Assembly: GCA_032718475.1 (NCBI GenBank)
Contig: JAUCBJ010004666.1
Location: 1 to 48,312, forward strand
Direction: 5' to 3'
Source of the DNA: Nemertoderma westbladi
Lineage: Eukaryota; Animalia; Xenacoelomorpha
DNA length: 48,312 bases
Both the position numbers and the translations under genes were made by a program. Of this stretch, positions 41,162 to 48,312 are shown piece after piece. Below the pieces are notes generated by a model that ran no database searches, was not told the DNA's origin, and saw only the letters and a list, made by a program, of their open reading frames with translations. Numbering within the stretch: position 1 is the stretch's first letter; each line of letters starts with the position of its first letter.

Positions 41162-42247
41162 GTACTACTGTATGCACTAAACTGCAGTATTATAGGGCCT
41201 ACAGTACTGTACTACTATACTGTAGGCACTAAACTGCAGTATTATAGGGCCTACAGTACTGTACTACTGTACTGTAGGCACTAAACTGCAGTATTATAGG
41301 GCCTACAGTACTGTACTACTGTACTGTAGGCACTAAACTGCAGTATTATAGGGCCTACAGTACTGTACTACTGTACTGTAGGCACTAACCTGCAGTATTA
41401 TAGGGCCTACAGTACTGTACTACTGTACTGTAGGCACTAAACTGCAGTATTATAGGGCCTACAGTACTGTACTACTATACTGTAGGCACTAAACTGCAGT
41501 ATTATAGGGCCTACAGTACTGTACTACTGTACTGTAGGCACTAAACTGCAGTATTATAGGGCCTACAGTACTGTTGTAGGCACTAAACTGCAGTATTATA
41601 GGGCCTACAGTACTGTACTACTGTACTGTAGGCACTAAACTGCAGTATTATAGTGCCTACAGTACTGTACTACTGTACTGTAGGCACTAAACTGCAGTAT
41701 TATAGGGCCTACAGTACTGTACTACTGTACTGTAGGCACTAAACTGCAGTATTATAGGGCCTACAGTACTGTACTACTGTACTGTAGGCACTAAACTGCA
41801 GTATTATAGGGCCTACAGTACTGTACTACTGTACTGTAGGCACTAAACTGCAGTATTATAGGGCCTACAGTACTGTACTACTATACTGTAGGCACTAAAG
41901 TGCAGTATTATAGGGCCTACAGTACTGTACTACTGTACTGTAGGCACTAACCTGCAGTATTATAGGGCCTACAGTACTGTACTACTGTACTGTAGGCACT
42001 AAACTGCAGTGTTATAGGGCCTACAGTACTGTACTACTGTACTGTAGGCACTAACCTGCAGTATTATAGGGCCTACAGTACTGTACTACTGTACTGTAGG
42101 CACTAAACTGCAGTGTTATAGGGCCTACAGTACTGTACTACTGTACTGTAGGCACTAAACTGCAGTATTATAGGGCCTACAGTACTGTACTACTGTACTG
42201 TAGGCACTAAACTGCAGTATTATAGGGCCTACAGTATACTGTACTAC
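41162..42247. repeat. 52-bp intronic minisatellite, unit GCACTAAACTGCAGTATTATAGGGCCTACAGTACTGTACTACTGTACTGTAG, ~21 copies
   Basis: 52-bp period. Each unit contains the inverted repeat GCCTACAGTAC...GTACTGTAGGC. Confidence 0.97.
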
Positions 42248-42307
42248 AGTACATTTACTGTTGTTATTTATTTGGCTACCGGTATCTGCTGCCTGACTGA
42301 GACTTAC

Positions 42308-42564
42308 TTTGGAGGATGGTGGTTTTCCTAGCATTTGGGCCGGGTAATTCGGCACATAAGCGTATTCGTCGTATTGCGGAAAGTTTGCAGCGGCGTGACC
42401 CGCGCTGAAGTTGAATATAGCGGGAGTGATGATGTCGATGAGAACCTGGTTGGATTCCACCCGCCCATCGCCAGGTACACTACGGAAACCGCATCCATAA
42501 GTAGAAACTAGTTCGTGAGCAAAGGCTTGAATCTCTTTATCGAACTTAATTTTATTTGGAGTAT
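42308..42564 (-). CDS. Lipoxygenase internal exon with iron ligands His and Asn
   Basis: TTTGTTTAG acceptor and GTAAGT donor. Encodes (D)TPNKIKFDKEIQAFAHEL...IITPAIFNFSAGHAAANFPQYDEYAYVPNYPAQMLGKPPSSK, which includes the LOX HAAxNFxQY motif. Confidence 0.92.
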
Positions 42565-42905
42565 CTAAACAAATAAAAAAAACAAATAATGTGTAACAAT
42601 AATCGCCCCCAATAATAATAGTAACACCAGTTATACTACTGGATGGGTTGGCTTTACGCACTAAAAGTGTGAAAGAGTCTAGCTTAGAGAAACACCCAGT
42701 GGAAAATATATACAGCCTTTTTAGTCGCCAAAGACTATTGTAAAACCAGTTCCTAAGAGGTTTCCACTCATATCTTGAGACACTTGAACTCAACATATTT
42801 ATCTTCAATATTTATGTTATTAATAATTATCGCATATGAGCAAATAAAACTTGTCATTCCAATACCAAACACCATACTGTATGTATGTGTACAACAATAT
42901 CTAAC

Positions 42906-43144
42906 CATAAATAGAGTTGACAAACGTAGTGACGTATTCCTCGATCACATTCCAAACAAGTATTCCGTCATCACGATAAGGATAGTTGGGCAGTTTTTCC
43001 TTGTCATCCACACCCCGACGTTAAGGTCATTTGGAAGGGACCAGTTCCCGGAATAGGTCCAATCGTGCATCTGTAGCGCTACAATCTGTGCCAATCCATC
43101 AACTCTCATTGTCATCGTTGTATCAATCCATCCACCTTTATGTA
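42906..43144 (-). pseudogene. Lipoxygenase exon with a 1-nt frameshift; its 5' boundary is uncertain and abuts the hairpin
   Basis: KGGWIDTTMT...WSLPNDL, then a frame change at ~43021 to RGVDDKEKLPNYPYRDDGILVWNVIEEYVTTFVNSIY (LOX LPxYPYRDDG motif). The donor is G/GTTAG. Confidence 0.8.
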
Positions 43145-43220
43145 TAACAAAAAAATACAGTGTCCCTTCCAAAATCAGGTTAAATGTAATTCGACCGTAT
43201 AGCTCAGTAAGTGACCTCAA

Positions 43221-43506
43221 ACTACCGGGTACCGTTGGATCTTAACTGTAGTACGGTATCTTGCAGTGTCTAGTTTCATTGCTATCAGTACATGATTCCG
43301 ACACCAACTCATGCTGTACGCTCTGCGTAGCTACCCACGGCTACGCTCTCTCTACTTCAACTACGTAGTTGTAGTTGAGAGTGCGTAGCCGTGGGTAGCT
43401 ACGCTGAGCGTACAGCATGTGTTGGTGTCGGAATCATGTACTGATAGCAATGATACTAGACACTGCAAGATACCGTACTACTGTTTAGATACAAGGAACA
43501 GGTTGT
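43221..43506 (+). other. Incompletely base-paired hairpin apex of the palindrome (T-T and G-A mismatches, no spacer)
   Basis: Base-by-base pairing outward from CAACTAC/GTAGTTG gives 9 T-T mismatches, 3 G-A mismatches and 2 bulged bases. Confidence 0.9.
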
Positions 43507-43582
43507 TTGAGGTCACTTACTGAGCTATACGGTCGAATTACATTTAACCTGATTTTGGAAGGGACACTGTATTTTTTTGTTA

Positions 43583-45984
43583 TACATAAAGGTGGATGGA
43601 TTGATACAACGATGACAATGAGAGTTGATGGATTGGCACAGATTGTAGCGCTACAGATGCACGATTGGACCTATTCCGGGAACTGGTCCCTTCCAAATGA
43701 CCTTAACGTCGGGGTGTGGATGACAAGGAAAAACTGCCCAACTATCCTTATCGTGATGACGGAATACTTGTTTGGAATGTGATCGAGGAATACGTCACTA
43801 CGTTTGTCAACTCTATTTATGGTTAGATATTGTTGTACACATACATACAGTATGGTGTTTGGTATTGGAATGACAAGTTTTATTTGCTCATATGCGATAA
43901 TTATTAATAACATAAATATTGAAGATAAATATGTTGAGTTCAAGTGTCTCAAGATATGAGTGGAAACCTCTTAGGAACTGGTTTTACAATAGTCTTTGGC
44001 GACTAAAAAGGCTGTATATATTTTCCACTGGGTGTTTCTCTAAGCTAGACTCTTTCACACTTTTAGTGCGTAAAGCCAACCCATCCAGTAGTATAACTGG
44101 TGTTACTATTATTATTGGGGGCGATTATTGTTACACATTATTTGTTTTTTTTATTTGTTTAGATACTCCAAATAAAATTAAGTTCGATAAAGAGATTCAA
44201 GCCTTTGCTCACGAACTAGTTTCTACTTATGGATGCGGTTTCCGTAGTGTACCTGGCGATGGGCGGGTGGAATCCAACCAGGTTCTCATCGACATCATCA
44301 CTCCCGCTATATTCAACTTCAGCGCGGGTCACGCCGCTGCAAACTTTCCGCAATACGACGAATACGCTTATGTGCCGAATTACCCGGCCCAAATGCTAGG
44401 AAAACCACCATCCTCCAAAGTAAGTCTCAGTCAGGCAGCAGATACCGGTAGCCAAATAAATAACAACAGTAAATGTACTGTAGTACAGTATACTGTAGGC
44501 CCTATAATACTGCAGTTTAGTGCCTACAGTACAGTAGTACAGTACTGTAGGCCCTATAATACTGCAGTTTAGTGCCTACAGTACAGTAGTACAGTACTGT
44601 AGGCCCTATAACACTGCAGTTTAGTGCCTACAGTACAGTAGTACAGTACTGTAGGCCCTATAATACTGCAGGTTAGTGCCTACAGTACAGTAGTACAGTA
44701 CTGTAGGCCCTATAACACTGCAGTTTAGTGCCTACAGTACAGTAGTACAGTACTGTAGGCCCTATAATACTGCAGGTTAGTGCCTACAGTACAGTAGTAC
44801 AGTACTGTAGGCCCTATAATACTGCACTTTAGTGCCTACAGTATAGTAGTACAGTACTGTAGGCCCTATAATACTGCAGTTTAGTGCCTACAGTACAGTA
44901 GTACAGTACTGTAGGCCCTATAATACTGCAGTTTAGTGCCTACAGTACAGTAGTACAGTACTGTAGGCCCTATAATACTGCAGTTTAGTGCCTACAGTAC
45001 AGTAGTACAGTACTGTAGGCCCTATAATACTGCAGTTTAGTGCCTACAGTACAGTAGTACAGTACTGTAGGCACTATAATACTGCAGTTTAGTGCCTACA
45101 GTACAGTAGTACAGTACTGTAGGCCCTATAATACTGCAGTTTAGTGCCTACAACAGTACTGTAGGCCCTATAATACTGCAGTTTAGTGCCTACAGTACAG
45201 TAGTACAGTACTGTAGGCCCTATAATACTGCAGTTTAGTGCCTACAGTATAGTAGTACAGTACTGTAGGCCCTATAATACTGCAGTTTAGTGCCTACAGT
45301 ACAGTAGTACAGTACTGTAGGCCCTATAATACTGCAGGTTAGTGCCTACAGTACAGTAGTACAGTACTGTAGGCCCTATAATACTGCAGTTTAGTGCCTA
45401 CAGTACAGTAGTACAGTACTGTAGGCCCTATAATACTGCAGTTTAGTGCCTACAGTACAGTAGTACAGTACTGTAGGCCCTATAATACTGCAGTTTAGTG
45501 CCTACAGTATAGTAGTACAGTACTGTAGGCCCTATAATACTGCAGTTTAGTGCATACAGTAGTACCTCTTCTTACCTCTCCGGGGGAAAATCAATGTAAA
45601 TAAATATGTAAAACCTGATTATTCGCCAACATCCGACTTCAACCTGTTCAATTGTCTTTAGTGTATTGTTTTCTTGTATACGATTCAGTCTCCGCAATGT
45701 ATAATTACAATGATTTAATTCCATTCCAATAACTGAATTAACTGCTGCATTACAAACATACTGTATTTGTTTTTCTGATAATTTTTCTATAATTAGCGCT
45801 CCATCTATTTATTGCAGACTGTAGAATTACAAGATGGAGATTTAATGAAGTACCTGCCTCGACGGGGTGTCTGCCATGATATAATGCTGGTTACGGATAT
45901 TTTAAGTGCTCGCGCAACAAATTCTTTAGGTTACTTTGAAATCAACTATTTATACTCACTCAAAGGCTGGAGTGCAGTTGAACA
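43583..45984 (+). pseudogene. Inverted copy of the lipoxygenase exons (about 43583-43821, 44163-44419, 45818-45984)
   Basis: Reverse complement of the left-arm exons, including the same frameshift at ~43705. Confidence 0.85.
44480..45565. repeat. Inverted copy of the 52-bp minisatellite
   Basis: Mirror of 41162-42247 with the same unit variants. Confidence 0.96.
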
Positions 45985-46079
45985 GTAAGTTTTTTCCACT
46001 TTTTCTTATTGTACTGTATTTTAAAACCAAGTAATTTAACGCCCCAGAGTAACACGCGCACCACATACAGAACCGTTGC

Positions 46080-48312
46080 ACTTTATACATAGCGTAGCTT
46101 AAAGAAATATACAAATATACTTTATACATAGCGTAGAAGAAATATACAAATATACTTTATACATAGCGTAGCTTAAAGAAATATACAAATATACTTTATA
46201 CATAGCGTAGCTTAAAGAAATATACAAATATACTTTATACATAGCGTAGCTTAAAGAAATATACAAATATACTTTATACATAGCGTAGCTTAAATAAATA
46301 TACAAATATACTTTATATTATACATAGCGTAGCTTAAAGAAATATACAAATATACTTTATACATAGCGTAGCTTAAAGAAATATACAAATATACTTTATA
46401 CATAGCGTAGCTTAAAGAAATATACAAATATACTTTATATTATACATAGCGTAGCTTAAAGAAATATACAAATATACTTTATACATAGCGTAGCTTAAAG
46501 AAATATACAAATATACTTTATACACAGCGTAGCTTAAAGAAATATACAAATATACTTTATACATAGCGTAGCTTAAAGAAATATACAAATATACTTTATA
46601 TTATACATAGCGTAGCTTAAAGAAATATACAAATATACTTTATACACAGCGTAGCTTAAAGAAATATACAAATATACTTTATACATAGTGTAGCTTAAAG
46701 AAATATACAAATATACTTTATACATAGCGTAGCTTAATGAAATATACAAATATACTTTATACATAGCGTAGCTTAATGAAATATACAAATATACTTTATA
46801 CATAGCGTAGCTTAATGAAATATACAAATATACTTTATACATAGCGTAGCTTAATGAAATATACAAATATACTTTATACATAGCGTAGCTTAAAGAAATA
46901 TACAAATATACTTTATACATAGCGTAGCTTAATGAAATATACAAATATACTTTATACATAGTGTAGCTTAAAGAAATATACAAATATACTTTATACATAG
47001 CGTGGCTTAAAGAAATATACAAATATACTTTATACATAGTGTAGCTTAAAGAAATATACAAATATACTTTATATTATACATAGCGTAGCTTAAAGAAATA
47101 TACAAATATACTTTATACATAGTGTAGCTTAAAGAAATATACAAATATACTTTATATTATACATAGCGTAGCTTAAAGAAATATACAAATATACTTTATA
47201 CATAGCGTAGCTTAAAGAAGATACAAATATACTTTATACATAGTGTAGCTCAAATAAATATACAAATATACTTTATACATAGCGTAGCTTAAAGAAATAT
47301 ACAAATATACTTTATACATAGCGTAGCTTAAAGAAATATACAAATATACTTTATACATAGCGTAGCTTAAAGAAATATACAAATATACTTTATACACAGC
47401 GTAGCTTAAAGAAATATACAAATATACTTTATACATAGCGTAGCTTAAAGAAATATACAAATATACTTTATATTATACATAGCGTAGCTTAAAGAAATAT
47501 ACAAATATACTTTATACACAGCGTAGCTTAAAGAAATATACAAATATACTTTATACACAGCGTAGCTTAAAGAAATATACAAATATACTTTATACACAGC
47601 GTAGCTTAAAGAAATATACAAATATACTTTATACACAGCGTAGCTTAAAGAAATATACAAATATACTTTATACATAGCGTAGCTTAAAGAAATATACAAA
47701 TATACTTTATACATAGCGTAGCTTAAAGAAATATACAAATATACTTTATACACAGCGTAGCTTAAAGAAATATACAAATATACTTTATACATAGCGTAGC
47801 TTAAAGAAATATACAAATATACTTTATATTATACATAGCGTAGCTTAATGAAATATACAAATATACTTTATACATAGTGTAGCTTAAAGAAATATACAAA
47901 TATACTTTATACATAGCGTGGCTTAAAGAAATATACAAATATACTTTATACATAGTGTAGCTTAAAGAAATATACAAATATACTTTATATTATACATAGC
48001 GTAGCTTAAAGAAATATACAAATATACTTTATACATAGTGTAGCTTAAAGAAATATACAAATATACTTTATATTATACATAGCGTAGCTTAAAGAAATAT
48101 ACAAATATACTTTATACATAGCGTAGCTTAAAGAAGATACAAATATACTTTATACATAGTGTAGCTCAAATAAATATACAAATATACTTTATACATAGCG
48201 TAGCTTAAAGAAATATACAAATATACTTTATACATAGCGTAGCTTAAAGAAATATACAAATATACTTTATACATAGCGTAGCTTAAAGAAATATACAAAT
48301 ATACTTTATACA
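46080..48312. repeat. Inverted copy of the 39-bp satellite
   Basis: Mirror of 38416-40648. Confidence 0.97.

Larger units (their letters stand above)
38416..48312. repeat. Giant palindrome with ~4.9-kb arms centred at 43364/43365, running to the window end
   Basis: Mirror ORF coordinates sum to 86727 or 86728. The order of satellite variants is mirrored. Outside the apex the only difference I found is C4 (41142-41145) versus G5 (45582-45586). Confidence 0.97.

Noticed and set aside
42155-42808. 217-aa ORF (and its mirror 43919-44572) as a complete gene
   Set aside because: Only 42308-42564 is LOX-like and bounded by splice sites. The rest is intron and minisatellite read-through.
43193-43260. 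Functional tRNA gene at the base of the hairpin
   Set aside because: An A-box-like head and a 6-bp acceptor-like pairing exist, but there is no anticodon stem and no GTTCRA T-loop.
25186-47816. Dozens of MYKVYLYISLSYA ORFs
   Set aside because: They are satellite translations broken by frequent 38- and 44-bp units, and they lie antisense within a LOX intron.
1-48312. Viral or linear-plasmid origin suggested by the hairpin end
   Set aside because: There are no viral hallmark, protelomerase or resolvase genes. Spliceosomal introns, LINEs, an LTR element and metazoan genes indicate animal chromosomal DNA.

Overview
Animal (probably marine invertebrate) genomic DNA, not prokaryotic. About two thirds of the window is tandem repeat: unrelated arrays with 15-, 50-, 40-, 22-, 39- and 52-bp units. 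These arrays produce nearly all of the long ORFs in the track, and those ORFs are artefacts. Real coding content is (1) an intronless SHB/SHF-family SH2 adaptor gene (4912-6837, -), (2) an intronless PBDC1 gene (18310-18795, -), and (3) the 3' half of a spliced lipoxygenase gene (-). The lipoxygenase has four exons and a frameshift, and its last intron is a 15.5-kb satellite. Mobile DNA comprises two decayed LINE RT fragments, a young gag-only Gypsy-type LTR element (identical 409-bp LTRs, tRNA-Pro PBS, PPT, 4-bp TSD) and MITE remnants. The right end of the window is a ~10-kb palindrome (38416-48312) with almost identical arms. Its ~286-nt apex (43221-43506) is an imperfect hairpin whose mismatches are only T-T (9) and G-A (3) plus two bulged bases, and the lipoxygenase gene stops at this structure. 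It could be a covalently closed hairpin end, or an inverted-repeat-primed fold-back. A sequencing artefact is also possible, because the innermost ~40 nt resemble a symmetrised PacBio SMRTbell adapter. Raw reads are needed to decide.
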